From the NCBI GenBank assembly GCA_038203565.1, contig JBBRDV010000016.1, forward strand, positions 1 to 25,791: a stretch of DNA of 25,791 nt, read 5' to 3'. The translations under genes were made by a program, and so were the position numbers. The notes beneath the pieces are model-generated. The model saw only the letters and a program-made list of their open reading frames with translations. It was not told the origin of the DNA and made no database searches. This document shows, piece by piece, positions 9,997-19,297 of this stretch (position 1 is its first letter; every line of letters begins with the position of its first letter). The DNA comes from Atribacterota bacterium (lineage in GTDB: Bacteria; Atribacterota; Phoenicimicrobiia; Phoenicimicrobiales; Phoenicimicrobiaceae).

Positions 9997-10817
9997 AATA
10001 TTAAAAAATTTATCATACCAATTTGAATTGCACCGAAAGCCATATTTTTACTAAGACCCTCAAAAAGCTGTTTTAGCCCTTTTGGATACATACGAAACTT
10101 TATTATTTCGCCGCCCAATATATTGGTAACACCTATCCCCTTTTTTAAGAAAATCTTCCCAATTTTTAAATCCTCAACAACCTGGTCCTTTACTGCAAGA
10201 TGCCCGCCAGTTTTCTCATAGCCGCTCCTTGAAGTCAAAATCACGGGTCCAAAAACCCCAAGGGGATTAGATTTTTGAAAAAGAGAAAAAGAATTTATCG
10301 AAGAGATGGCGATTAAATTAAAAGGCATAATAAGATGTTCGTAGAATTTTTTAAATCTCTGATATGGCCAAACAGAGATCAATCCACCATGTTTTATATA
10401 TTCTGTGACCAGACTCTCTAAAGCCTCTCCAGAAAGTTCAACATCTGCATCCAGAAAGAGTAATAAATCACCTGTAGATTTAAGATATCCATTCCAGCAC
10501 GACCAGGGTTTTCCAATCCAGCCTTTTGGTGGTTCTTTTTTTAAAGATATAATATCAATGTCTACATAAGAAGATGCTACAGATTCAGTTTTGTCTGTAG
10601 AATGGTCATTGACTACAATTATTTCGTAGGGTTTATAATTTTGAGTTTTTAAAGTATTTAATATTTTACCTATATTGTGTTCCTCATTCATTGCTGGTAT
10701 GATCACCGAAATGCGAATACTTTTATTTTGAAGACTTTTTGCCTCTAAAAATCTTGTCCTTCTTAATAACAGTATCCATCCAATAATCCAGGAAAGAATT
10801 AGTATAAAATGTTTCAT
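9921..10817 (-). CDS. Glycosyltransferase family 2 (CrtQ/CruC-like), probably C-terminally truncated
   Basis: SVIIPAMNEE, VVNDHSTD, PPKGWIGKPWSC, FLDADV, VEDL, FRMYP motifs. Confidence 0.85.
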   Translation of the reverse strand: MKHFILILSWIIGWILLLRRTRFLEAKSLQNKSIRISVIIPAMNEEHNIGKILNTLKTQNYKPYEIIVVNDHSTDKTESVASSYVDIDIISLKKEPPKGWIGKPWSCWNGYLKSTGDLLLFLDADVELSGEALESLVTEYIKHGGLISVWPYQRFKKFYEHLIMPFNLIAISSINSFSLFQKSNPLGVFGPVILTSRSGYEKTGGHLAVKDQVVEDLKIGKIFLKKGIGVTNILGGEIIKFRMYPKGLKQLFEGLSKNMAFGAIQIGMINFLILCLWFGGIYSLAIFLQFLSGSVLAF

Positions 10818-10850
10818 ATGATAAAGCCCTTATAATTATTTTTTTTAACT

Positions 10851-12470
10851 TTATTTTCTCTTTTTTAATTGTGAAATAACCCGGTCTGCAGCCAATTTTC
10901 CTGTTAATATGGCAATTGGCAGACCTGAAGGACTATAGGTCCACTGTCCTGCCTGGAAAATATCGCTCATTGGTGTTAACACTGATTTCGAAACATTTTG
11001 CATTTTATTTACTGCTGGCATGCCCTTATTTGTAAAAGCCCATCCGGTAATAGCACCTTCAGAACTTCCAGTTTTTTTTGCAATTGATAATGGTGAGTAC
11101 GAAAAGCGATCCATAATGGCTGAACGGATTGGGGGATAGATTGAATTTGAAAGAGTGTCAATCATGCAGTTTTCGATATATATTTTAATTTCATTGTACA
11201 ATCCCTGTTCATCAAGTATTTTACACAAATTATAATCAAATAAAACACTTAATATCAAACCGGTTTTTCCTGCAGGTGCAAGGTTTTTATCTTTAAGCAC
11301 CGGAATGGATATTTCAAGTGTTGTATAACTGATGTATTTTGAAATCCAAAATTTTATCTCTTCCAGGTTTTTTTCAGTGGGGGTCTTGGACTGTATGGAA
11401 AGGAGCTGGTTAAGATCTGAATATATTTTTTCGCCCAATCCCGTTTTCAGGGGTGAATAAAAAAAATGTCCATTTGATATTTTCGAGAAATATGACGGAG
11501 CTAAGTCAACAGAAAGATAAAGCGTAAAAACACTGTCGCCTCCAATTTTTTCTTCTATTTCGTTCTTCCTTGCAATGGTCTTTTGTTTTGTCTTTCGGTC
11601 TAAAATTTTATTAGTGTCTATGCACTGATACAGGTATTTTTGGTCAGATGCCCAAATTAACTTTTTATAAAAGTACGCTTTCCCCTGTTCATCTGTAATC
11701 GAGTGATTATCGGGATCAAGGGCTACAATTTTGGTGTTCTTCGCTATTTCTGCTTTTCTATTGACGCAAAATTCTTCCATTCTGCGGGGAATCATCCCCG
11801 TGCCTCCAAGGGGATAATTATAATCCAGATAGAGACTGAAATAACTCATGGCAAAAAAAGCGGGGGTTTTTTTAAAAAAATGCTGGCTGATGATATCCAT
11901 AAGTGATTGGTTTCCGGTAAACATTTGCAAATGTTTTTCCACTGGCATATTCATGTGATTGATCTTGCCAATGGTAAAGAAAAATTTTCCTATCCAGGGC
12001 AGGAGTACCTTAAACAGATAATTCCGGTCATGTTTCAAATCCTTAAAGATGGGATTCTCTATACCATATAAGACTTTCATATATTTCATAACTGTTTTGA
12101 TATTATTGATTATTCTTTTTATATCATCGCTGTTTTCAGGGTAAAAACTGATTAGAAGCTCAAAATAATTCTTAAGGTTTTCTTCTGAAATTATGTCTAT
12201 TACCTTGTCTTCAATTCCCACAGAAACCCGGCTCTCCACAAATTCAATTTCGATGCCCAGACTCGAAAGCATGGGAAATACAATGCCTGAATTCTCTATG
12301 GCCCGAATTCCGCTGTCAAAAGTAAAACCCTTCTTATCGAAAGAATTAATCAAACCCCCGAGTTGGTTTTCCTTTTCGCAGATTAGAACAGAATATCCGG
12401 CATCTGCCGCAAATGCACCAGCAGTAAGTCCTGCCATTCCCCCTCCTACGATAATTACATCATATTTCAA
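10851..12470 (-). CDS. Phytoene dehydrogenase-like FAD-dependent oxidoreductase
   Basis: GGGMAGL Rossmann motif, GFTFDSG, YPLGG, LAPAGK, AGQW...GLP. Confidence 0.88.
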   Translation of the reverse strand: MKYDVIIVGGGMAGLTAGAFAADAGYSVLICEKENQLGGLINSFDKKGFTFDSGIRAIENSGIVFPMLSSLGIEIEFVESRVSVGIEDKVIDIISEENLKNYFELLISFYPENSDDIKRIINNIKTVMKYMKVLYGIENPIFKDLKHDRNYLFKVLLPWIGKFFFTIGKINHMNMPVEKHLQMFTGNQSLMDIISQHFFKKTPAFFAMSYFSLYLDYNYPLGGTGMIPRRMEEFCVNRKAEIAKNTKIVALDPDNHSITDEQGKAYFYKKLIWASDQKYLYQCIDTNKILDRKTKQKTIARKNEIEEKIGGDSVFTLYLSVDLAPSYFSKISNGHFFYSPLKTGLGEKIYSDLNQLLSIQSKTPTEKNLEEIKFWISKYISYTTLEISIPVLKDKNLAPAGKTGLILSVLFDYNLCKILDEQGLYNEIKIYIENCMIDTLSNSIYPPIRSAIMDRFSYSPLSIAKKTGSSEGAITGWAFTNKGMPAVNKMQNVSKSVLTPMSDIFQAGQWTYSPSGLPIAILTGKLAADRVISQLKKRK

Positions 12471-12550
12471 TTGATTCTCTCCTTAAAATTGTTATACAAA
12501 AAAATTTGCTGATTAATCTTTAAATATCAGTCCTTTTGAAAAATCCTGAT

Positions 12551-13483
12551 TTACAATAAGCCTGTCATCTTTTTACTAATCGCCCATATTTCTTTACCTA
12601 TTTCCCGATCCAAGGCATGTGGCGAAGATTTTTCAACAAGTGTCAGATTGAAATACTGCCCGGTGACATCGGACAATTCCGGTGCTGCCGCAAGATAGTG
12701 AAGGGCTTGCCCTGAAATAGAAGGATCCGCTAAAAATTTCGTTATGAAATTGTGTTTGTACCATCGATACAGAGGGCCGTTGTTCTCTCCAATACCGCTC
12801 TTTACCGATCCGGGATGCATGGCATTAATTGTGACTCCCGAGCCTTTCAGTAAATCGGCAAATTCCCAGACTGTTAGCAGTTGTGCAGTTTTGGAAGCCC
12901 CATAACCACGTAATCCGGTGTAATATCTTTTCTCCCAATTTAGGTCATTTATATTCAAGCCATTAAAGCGGTGTCCCTGGGAATTGACCTGAATGATTCG
13001 TGCTGAAGCATTTTTTTTAAGCTTTTCCATCAGCTTGTAGGTTAGTATAAAAGACGCAAGGTGGTTAACACAAAATACTGTTTCTAAATTGTCTTTGGTA
13101 TATGTTTTCCTGGTGCAATACATGCCGGCATTATTAATGAGAATATCTATCCGCCGGTCTAAATTGTTCAAATAATCCGCTGCCTGATGCACTTCTTCTA
13201 AATTTGCAAAATCAGCGATAAGATAATCGCATTCGACATGGTAAGTAGAGCGAATGTTCTCACAAGCTTTTTCTGATTTTTCCTGATTACGGTTAATCAT
13301 TACAATAGAGGCTTCATGAGCAGCCAATGCTTTCGCGGCTTCCCAGCCTACCCCGGAAGTAGCACCGCTTAAAACACACCATTTTCCTTTCAAGTTTACA
13401 TCACTATAATGCTGATCAGCACGGTTATTGGCTATCATCTGTTTCATGTCGGCCCATTTATACTGTTTTAAATATTTAAACAA
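12551..13483 (-). CDS. SDR oxidoreductase (retinol dehydrogenase-like)
   Basis: SGATSGVG, LINNAG, VNHL, YGASK, MHPG. Confidence 0.92.
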   Translation of the reverse strand: MFKYLKQYKWADMKQMIANNRADQHYSDVNLKGKWCVLSGATSGVGWEAAKALAAHEASIVMINRNQEKSEKACENIRSTYHVECDYLIADFANLEEVHQAADYLNNLDRRIDILINNAGMYCTRKTYTKDNLETVFCVNHLASFILTYKLMEKLKKNASARIIQVNSQGHRFNGLNINDLNWEKRYYTGLRGYGASKTAQLLTVWEFADLLKGSGVTINAMHPGSVKSGIGENNGPLYRWYKHNFITKFLADPSISGQALHYLAAAPELSDVTGQYFNLTLVEKSSPHALDREIGKEIWAISKKMTGLL

Positions 13484-13495
13484 GATAAAACCTCC

Positions 13496-13948
13496 CTAAC
13501 CGAATTTCTTTTTCATAAATTTTCTATATGGTTTTGCAAACCAGGGAATATTATCGAATATATCTCCCCATAAATCAAAATAATCCCTTTGCTCAATGAT
13601 TCTTCCGTCTTGATGAAGGGTAAGTTTCGTAGATCCGTAAATTGTAGAACTGGGAAATTTTTTGAAAATCATAGTCATTTCCCATTCCATAAAAATAATG
13701 TTATTTTCCTTTACAATTGAAGAGATATTCATCTTGAGCTGTTGACATCTGGATGTTAGTCTGTCACAAAGATTTTTGAATTCCTCAATCCCCACTATTT
13801 TTTGAATCGAATCCTTGAATACTATTTCTTCGTGGTAATAAGGAAATATATGAGACCAATCTGGCTTACCATCCCTGTTATAAGTCTTGGACCACAATTC
13901 TTTTATCTGAATTGTGCTTAAACTGGATAAGTTAAAGTGATTATTCAT
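13496..13948 (-). CDS. NTF2/SnoaL-like protein
   Basis: YHEEIVFKD...GRIIEQRDYFD; GGAG RBS. Confidence 0.85.
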   Translation of the reverse strand: MNNHFNLSSLSTIQIKELWSKTYNRDGKPDWSHIFPYYHEEIVFKDSIQKIVGIEEFKNLCDRLTSRCQQLKMNISSIVKENNIIFMEWEMTMIFKKFPSSTIYGSTKLTLHQDGRIIEQRDYFDLWGDIFDNIPWFAKPYRKFMKKKFG

Positions 13949-13987
13949 AGCTCCCTTTTATTGACTTTTTTAAAAAATCCATTGAGT

Positions 13988-14019
13988 TATCATCATCAAT
14001 CCGATGATCAATGATGATA
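13988..14019. promoter_or_regulatory. Candidate repressor operator upstream of the SnoaL-SDR-desaturase operon
   Basis: TATCATCAT-N14-ATGATGATA inverted repeat with an internal CATC/GATG, overlapping a possible minus-strand -10 TATCAT. Confidence 0.5.
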
Positions 14020-14178
14020 TTCTTACTACTTTTATTGTCTGATATCTCCTTAAAGAAAGAATGAAAGAGTGGAGGTCATCCTGCACAAATTCATAGATCA
14101 TAGGCTTCATAGAAGTGATATCAAAATAAATAGATGTCTGTCTCAATTTTATCTATACGACTTCTATATGACTTCCCG

Positions 14179-14508
14179 TCAATCATCATATTTGAATGCA
14201 ATGTACTCAATAATAATACCGTATACGACACCTGCCAGGAAACTTACAACATCAGTAAAGCCTGTAGAGCTATAAAAAGCAAAAGAAACGACTAACCCAA
14301 AAAGTGCACCTCGGACAATTATTTTCGGCCATCCCAGGTTTCCACCAGCCAATCCAATCACCAAACCCATAATCAATCGATTGTACCATAAAGCAAACAA
14401 CAAGTAAGCATCACTCTGAAAACCTGACCTTACCCAGGCTCCAACAATACACATCACCCCCAAAACAGCTCCTGAAGCAATACATATTTTCATTCTTTTT
14501 GTCAACAT
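14179..14508 (-). CDS. Small hypothetical membrane protein (about 4 TM)
   Basis: Hydrophobic 109-aa ORF; strong RBS GGAGGTG. Confidence 0.8.
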   Translation of the reverse strand: MLTKRMKICIASGAVLGVMCIVGAWVRSGFQSDAYLLFALWYNRLIMGLVIGLAGGNLGWPKIIVRGALFGLVVSFAFYSSTGFTDVVSFLAGVVYGIIIEYIAFKYDD

Positions 14509-14526
14509 ACTTATTCACCTCCTCAT

Positions 14527-14676
14527 CTAATATTTATGAATCCAATCTAAAAACTTCGTTGAATAACCCAGTGTTTCTGTAGGACAGCTATCTACACAAT
14601 GACCACAACCAACGCAACGCAAGTCGGTGACTATGTTGCCAATTTGAGCCATACTCTTAATATCAATTGACATAGG
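14527..14676 (-). pseudogene. C-terminal remnant of a 4Fe-4S binding protein
   Basis: Hand translation PMSIDIKSMAQIGNIVTDLRCVGCGHCVDSCPTETLGYSTKFLDWIHKY*, containing CxxCxxCxxxCP. The first cluster motif is cut just before PM. Confidence 0.7.
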
Positions 14677-14700
14677 ATTATTCCATTATTTGATATTTAC

Positions 14701-14723
14701 TGAATTATTCAAATCTGACACCT
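14701..14723 (-). repeat. Degenerate half-copy of the GGGTCAGGTCTTG element
   Basis: Minus strand AGGTGTCAGATTTGAATAAT versus AGGGTCAGGTCTTGAAATAT. Confidence 0.45.
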
Positions 14724-14861
14724 TAATAATAATAGGAACAGACACCTATTTATCAATTTTCTTCTTAGATCTTTTTTTATAGATGTTCCTCTAAAGATTG
14801 CCGAATTATTGGGCTTATACAACCCCCGTCCCTGTCACAAATTTGAATTGGTCTGTGGTAT

Positions 14862-15320
14862 CTACTCCTCATCCCAGCGGTACTTTTTATTCTGGCGCAG
14901 CTTATCGAGATCGCAATTCAAGCACAGTCCGTTATGACAGCAAATCACTTCCCCACATTCAGGGCAGCGCCACTTTGCCTCTTCCTTTTCTAGGAACCTC
15001 TCGATGCCATGCTCTTTGATGAATTCGAGGTTTTCTATCATGCTCATATGGTACTTGGTGCGGTATCGCATATCGAGGACTTTCAGCCGACTACAGGGAA
15101 AATTTTCGCACTCATAGCAAAACCGAACAAGTCCTTTCCCGAGCAGATCGCACTGACTTTTCATGAAGGTACAGTTCTTACCGCGTGGCAGGCAGCCGCT
15201 GCAGTATTTCTTTCTAAGTCCCTCCTTCTTAAGGTCATATTTCATCGCCAGATCACTAACACAGAGTCCGCAGTTCATGCCACAGGGAGCGATAAGTGAA
15301 ATTTTATTTAAGGATTCCAT
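14862..15320 (-). CDS. DUF3795-family Cys-rich protein
   Basis: IAPCGMNCGLC, CSGC, FCYECENFPC, CPECG...C. Confidence 0.85.
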   Translation of the reverse strand: MESLNKISLIAPCGMNCGLCVSDLAMKYDLKKEGLRKKYCSGCLPRGKNCTFMKSQCDLLGKGLVRFCYECENFPCSRLKVLDMRYRTKYHMSMIENLEFIKEHGIERFLEKEEAKWRCPECGEVICCHNGLCLNCDLDKLRQNKKYRWDEE

Positions 15321-15448
15321 AACTTCTTCCTACTTTTTATTTGCTAAAGATGCTCCAACCATAATACTCATTACAGACATTATAAGATATCTTAATCCTA
15401 TCTGCCTAAACAATATCTGACGTCCCACTGTCTTTCCTCTTATTTTTA

Positions 15449-15763
15449 CTACCAATCTATGTCGGCTGGAAAGAGACTGTAATGCTTTACGCCCTGACGG
15501 GGTTGAGCCATCCAATCTGCTACAGTCTCTTTCCATTTCAGATAATGTTCAGTTTTTTGGTGGTTCTGAAATCCTTCTGGAGACTTATAAACCTCATATA
15601 AGAAGAATTGCGAAGGATCATTTTCCGCCTGCAAGACATTGAAGTGGATATTGTCCGGTTCTTTGCGAGTGTTCCGAGCATTTTCAAAGGTTTCTTCTTT
15701 AAAGTCCTTAATTTTTTCTGGTTTAATAAAGACAGTTACACATACAACATACATATTTTTCAC
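15449..15763 (-). CDS. Antibiotic biosynthesis monooxygenase (LsrG-like)
   Basis: FFLYEVY...HQKTEHYLKWKETVADWMAQPR; RBS AGGAGGTG. Confidence 0.88.
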   Translation of the reverse strand: MKNMYVVCVTVFIKPEKIKDFKEETFENARNTRKEPDNIHFNVLQAENDPSQFFLYEVYKSPEGFQNHQKTEHYLKWKETVADWMAQPRQGVKHYSLFPADIDW

Positions 15764-15861
15764 CTCCTTATTAGCTAACTCTACAAAGCGATCGGCGCTT
15801 TGCTTTTTAGATTCATTTTAAAAATTTTTTGCGTAGTTCCCCTTCCTGTTCCTGGTGTTCA

Positions 15862-15940
15862 TGGGGTCAGGCTTTACAACTTCACATTTCCTTCTTCTGT
15901 TCTCGCTTTACATTTTGTGAAGTTGTGAAGCCTGACCCCA
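15862..15940. repeat. Palindromic REP/MITE-like element B (25-bp arms, 1 mismatch)
   Basis: TGGGGTCAGGCTTTACAACTTCACA (15862-15886) / TGTGAAGTTGTGAAGCCTGACCCCA (15916-15940). Confidence 0.9.
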
Positions 15941-16250
15941 GTTTATCCCTAAACACTATTGACCTTGCACATCTTAACATTGCTAAATATACATAATTAT
16001 AAGTAACTTCTTCATCAATTTCTAACTTTGCTTATGATTGATTTAAATAATAATAAACCAGATTCCCTTTATTCTCAATAAGAAAAAGCCCTGTATTTTT
16101 TAATTTAATCAACTCACGGCGAATATTTCCTACTGAAAAATTAAGTATCCTCTCTAACTCTCTTAAATAGTATTTTTTATTTGGATTGGTAAAATAGAGC
16201 GCTAAAAGTTCTTCTCTTAATTTAGATTTGGTAATACGAAACATATCCAT
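15941..16250 (-). pseudogene. Collapsed wHTH-nucleotidyltransferase / HEPN toxin-antitoxin remnant
   Basis: wHTH (SKLREELLALYFTNPNKKYYLRELER...RREL..L...GL) stops at 16032. The same frame continues AKLEIDEEVTYNYVYLAMLRCARSIVFRDK (HEPN-like helix) and ends at element B. Confidence 0.6.
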
Positions 16251-16251
16251 A

Positions 16252-16297
16252 ATTGTAGTCCTTTCTGAATACAATTGTAGTATTTATTGACTACAAT
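16252..16297. promoter_or_regulatory. Tandem palindromic operators (ATTGTAGT-N8-A(A/C)TACAAT x2)
   Basis: 16252-16275 and 16274-16297, 22-bp period, directly upstream of the wHTH ATG at 16250. Confidence 0.7.
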
Positions 16298-16298
16298 A

Positions 16299-16628
16299 TC
16301 AAGGTGTATCTGTACCGTATAAATCGGCGGTATGAAATAACATCGTTCCAAAGTGAACGATGTGTTTCTTTTCTTGTAATTCCTTTACTAATTCCCGGGG
16401 GAAGGGATTCCCTCCATCCTTCTTAAAGCCAAACTGCCAGGGAATGACCACTAAATTAATACCCTTCCCCTCAACCGCATCCGAGAATGATTTGGCAGTA
16501 AGCCCTTCGGTTGATGCCAGAACAATCCTGTTGATATTTCTTGATTTTGCCCTTTCTAGAATTAATTTGATCGCCTCTGTAGTATTTTTCTTGCCTGGTC
16601 TTTCGAAATAAACAATTTTTTCTTCCAT
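16299..16628 (-). pseudogene. Pyruvate-kinase alpha/beta (MTH1675-like) protein, C-terminally truncated
   Basis: MEEKIVYFERPGKKNT...IVLASTEGLTA; ends abruptly at YGTDTP* exactly at the tandem operator. Confidence 0.65.
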
Positions 16629-16790
16629 TTTTTTCCCTTTCACATTATTGATATAAAACATTATAATTTTACCATAAGGGGGCTTCTAATAAAAAGCTAA
16701 TTGCAGTAATTTTCATTCCTTGGCTGGCTTAAGTAGAAAAAATATTTTAAAAAAAATTGAAAGTTATTCACTAAATGTTTTTGCCATTCT

Positions 16791-17348
16791 TCAAGTTAAG
16801 TGATCAATTAATATTCTTATTCCGATACCGATTAAAATTAGACCGCCAACTATTTCAATTTTCCTTTCAAAATAATGCCCAAATCGATTACCAAAATAAA
16901 CCCCAAAAATTGATAGTAAAAATGTTATAATTCCAATTATTACTGCCGGTAGCATGATAGAAAGGTTTAAGAATGACAGGCTTAGACCAATGGCCAAAGC
17001 ATCTATGCTTGTGGCAATGGACAACATCAGTAAAACATAAACATTCAGTGGATCTATTTTCTTGTTGTTTGCTCTCATTTTAGATGATTCATAAATCATT
17101 TTACAGCCTACTATACTTAGAAGTCCAAAAGCGATCCAATGATCAATACCAGAAATATAATTTCGAAAACCCAGCCCTGCTGACCATCCGATTAATGGCA
17201 TAATAGCCTGAAATGATCCGAAAAATATTGCGATCTTTAAGGCATGATTAATTCTTAGGTGTTTTATGGTTAATCCGCTGGTGATAGATACAGCAAAAGC
17301 ATCCATTGCTAATCCAAATGCTATAAATATAATTGAAATAATATCCAT
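16791..17348 (-). CDS. mntP: Manganese efflux pump MntP family
   Basis: LAMDAFAVS, FQAIMP, IDHWIAF, ATSIDALAIG. Confidence 0.93.
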   Translation of the reverse strand: MDIISIIFIAFGLAMDAFAVSITSGLTIKHLRINHALKIAIFFGSFQAIMPLIGWSAGLGFRNYISGIDHWIAFGLLSIVGCKMIYESSKMRANNKKIDPLNVYVLLMLSIATSIDALAIGLSLSFLNLSIMLPAVIIGIITFLLSIFGVYFGNRFGHYFERKIEIVGGLILIGIGIRILIDHLT

Positions 17349-17407
17349 TTAACCCTCTTTTATCCGGCTTCTAAAATCCAAGTCAATTCCTTCTTCATCA
17401 ACAGTAA

Positions 17408-17535
17408 AGGGTTCAGGTCTTGAAATATCTCTTTTTTTCTTCTCGCTTAAATTTTTTAAATCTTCCTGCTCCCTGTACTATATTCATGCCCATATATTCT
17501 GCTATCTATTTTGTTATATTGCAAAACCTGACCTT
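17408..17535. repeat. MITE-like palindromic element C (diverged copy of D)
   Basis: AGGGTTCAGGTCTTGAAATAT...ATATTGCAAAACCTGACCTT; the internal ~87 bp is nearly identical to 24901-25027. Confidence 0.88.
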
Positions 17536-17561
17536 ATATGATTTTTCTTAGGTCGCTAAAA

Positions 17562-18141
17562 TAATGACTATAACCAAAAAATCATAACTTGCTATAAAAT
17601 ATCTGCAACTACTATATAACATAATCTTCCTTTTTATACTACAACAAGAGCCTTATAAAATCCTTCTTTTTCAAGGGAAAAGTTATTAGTCACTCAATGG
17701 AAGGGAAAAGACTGGATTCCCGTAATGACAAAGAGATTATAACTAACAATATTTAGTTATAAATGGGGAAAATGTGTAAAATCTGTGGGAAAATAACTTC
17801 TTGAAAGCCTTTTATAATAATGGTTTCAAGAGAATAATGCGAGAATTGCTTATACGATCAAATTTTGCCTTAACTGATACTTTATCCCTCAAAAATGGCA
17901 CTTTTTTAACTAAAATTCCATCATCTCAAAATCTGAAAGTGGCTATTCATAAGGGTTTCGTAATTTGAGGGAGGTAAAAATAGGCTAAAAATAGGGGTCG
18001 TAATTGTTGATTTTTCGAAAATTGGAATGCGCTTAAAGGCACTCTCCGTGCGTTTTTAGGGCATTCCTGAAGGGGGCCTGAAATCCCTGTAAATAAAGGG
18101 TTTTTAAGGAAATAAATGGGAACGAAAAACCGTCTCCTGTT
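17562..18141 (+). repeat. Long dispersed non-coding repeat, copy 2 (core from 17724)
   Basis: 27-bp sites at 17802, 17934 and 18079; shares the 5' extension with copy 1 and the 3' GGGAACG..AACCGTC.CCTGTT tail with copy 3. Confidence 0.93.
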
Positions 18142-18283
18142 ATATCCCCTGCTCTACAAACTCATCGATTCCCATGATAGATTGATTAAACGCAAGTATA
18201 TTATTTATTTTCATTAATACCGATTATAATTTATAATAAATAAATAAAACCTGGGATTTGATTCTATTCTATTTATTTGATAG

Positions 18284-18970
18284 GTGATTAAAAATATGTT
18301 TGATATCAAAAGCGCCTTAAGCAAGAATAAATTATTCATTCATTTTAATGATAAGGAAATCACAGATTTTATTATATCCTCTCACTATAAAATCCATGAT
18401 TATCAATCCGGCCAAGTCATCGCTATTAAAGGCGAATTATTAACACAAATTGGCCTGATATTAAGTGGGGAAGTGGAAATTCAAAAAACCTATCCTGCAG
18501 GGAAGATGATTGTAATTAACCAAATCTCCGTTGGCGGTGTTTTTGGTGAAGTTGCCATATTTTCTTCTAAAAAAACTTTCCCCTCTACTGTAGTAGCTTC
18601 TCTTGACTCAAAAGTTATGTTTCTTAATAAAATTAATATTTTGCAGATATGTTTTCAAAACAAAAAATTTCTCACTAACTTACTCCACCTGTTATCGGAA
18701 AAAATATTAATTCTTGATCACAAATTACACTTTTTATCTGGTGAAACCATCCGCCAAAAATTATGCCTGTACCTTATTGAATGCTATCAAACTCAAAATA
18801 AGCTAACCATTCAACTGGATATTTCCAAACGAAAAATGGCTGAACAATTTGGCGTTACCCGACCTTCACTATCACGGGAATTGATTCAGATGAAAAAAGA
18901 GGGTTTAATTGACTATGTCAGCAATCAAATTATCATTAAAAACCTACAAGCATTAGAAGGTTATTTGTAA
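18284..18970 (+). CDS. Crp/Fnr-family regulator (HcpR-like)
   Basis: cNMP-binding fold (GGVFGEVAIFS) and HTH GVTRPSLSREL; adjacent to hcp. Confidence 0.9.
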   Translation: MIKNMFDIKSALSKNKLFIHFNDKEITDFIISSHYKIHDYQSGQVIAIKGELLTQIGLILSGEVEIQKTYPAGKMIVINQISVGGVFGEVAIFSSKKTFPSTVVASLDSKVMFLNKINILQICFQNKKFLTNLLHLLSEKILILDHKLHFLSGETIRQKLCLYLIECYQTQNKLTIQLDISKRKMAEQFGVTRPSLSRELIQMKKEGLIDYVSNQIIIKNLQALEGYL

Positions 18971-18995
18971 AAAAAGTTTATCCGTTCCCAGACAT

Positions 18996-19289
18996 TTAAC
19001 TTTTTCTATTCTTGATGATCTTTATATAATAAGGATAAAAAAACATATATACACCGGTAAAAGCAAGTGCCAGCATGAAAATACGTTGCAGCCGAAAAAA
19101 TAGACCATTAATAAGCATATCCTTAGTAAAAACCATTACCAAGAGAGTTAGAATCACAAAAGGAATAGTTAAATAGCGGTGTATCTTTCTGAATAATATA
19201 GCCATTTTTTTTATAATTTTTTCCTCCACTTTTTTATTTAAGGTTTTTTCCGACAACTTATGCATAAATTGTCGGAAAATTTTAGTCAT
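18996..19289 (-). CDS. Small hypothetical membrane protein (true start possibly 19205)
   Basis: Two hydrophobic segments after RKIHRYL; the ORF's 5' part overlaps a 34-bp palindrome. Confidence 0.55.
   Translation of the reverse strand: MTKIFRQFMHKLSEKTLNKKVEEKIIKKMAILFRKIHRYLTIPFVILTLLVMVFTKDMLINGLFFRLQRIFMLALAFTGVYMFFYPYYIKIIKNRKS
19246..19279. other. Near-perfect 34-bp palindrome just downstream of hcp (terminator, stabilising hairpin or operator)
   Basis: TTTTCCGACAACTTATG|CATAAATTGTCGGAAAA, 1 mismatch. Confidence 0.7.
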
Positions 19290-19297
19290 TAAGCATT

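Noticed and set aside
15330..15536. 68-aa minus-strand ORF overlapping the ABM gene
   Set aside because: The 5' half overlaps the ABM gene out of frame; the 3' half may be a membrane-protein stub but is unassignable.
8527..17348. Classical integron cassette array
   Set aside because: Genes are co-oriented, but there is no intI and no RYYYAAC...GTTRRRY attC-type sites after each gene.
17349..17560. yybP-ykoY manganese riboswitch upstream of mntP
   Set aside because: No recognisable conserved riboswitch motif; the region is occupied by element C.
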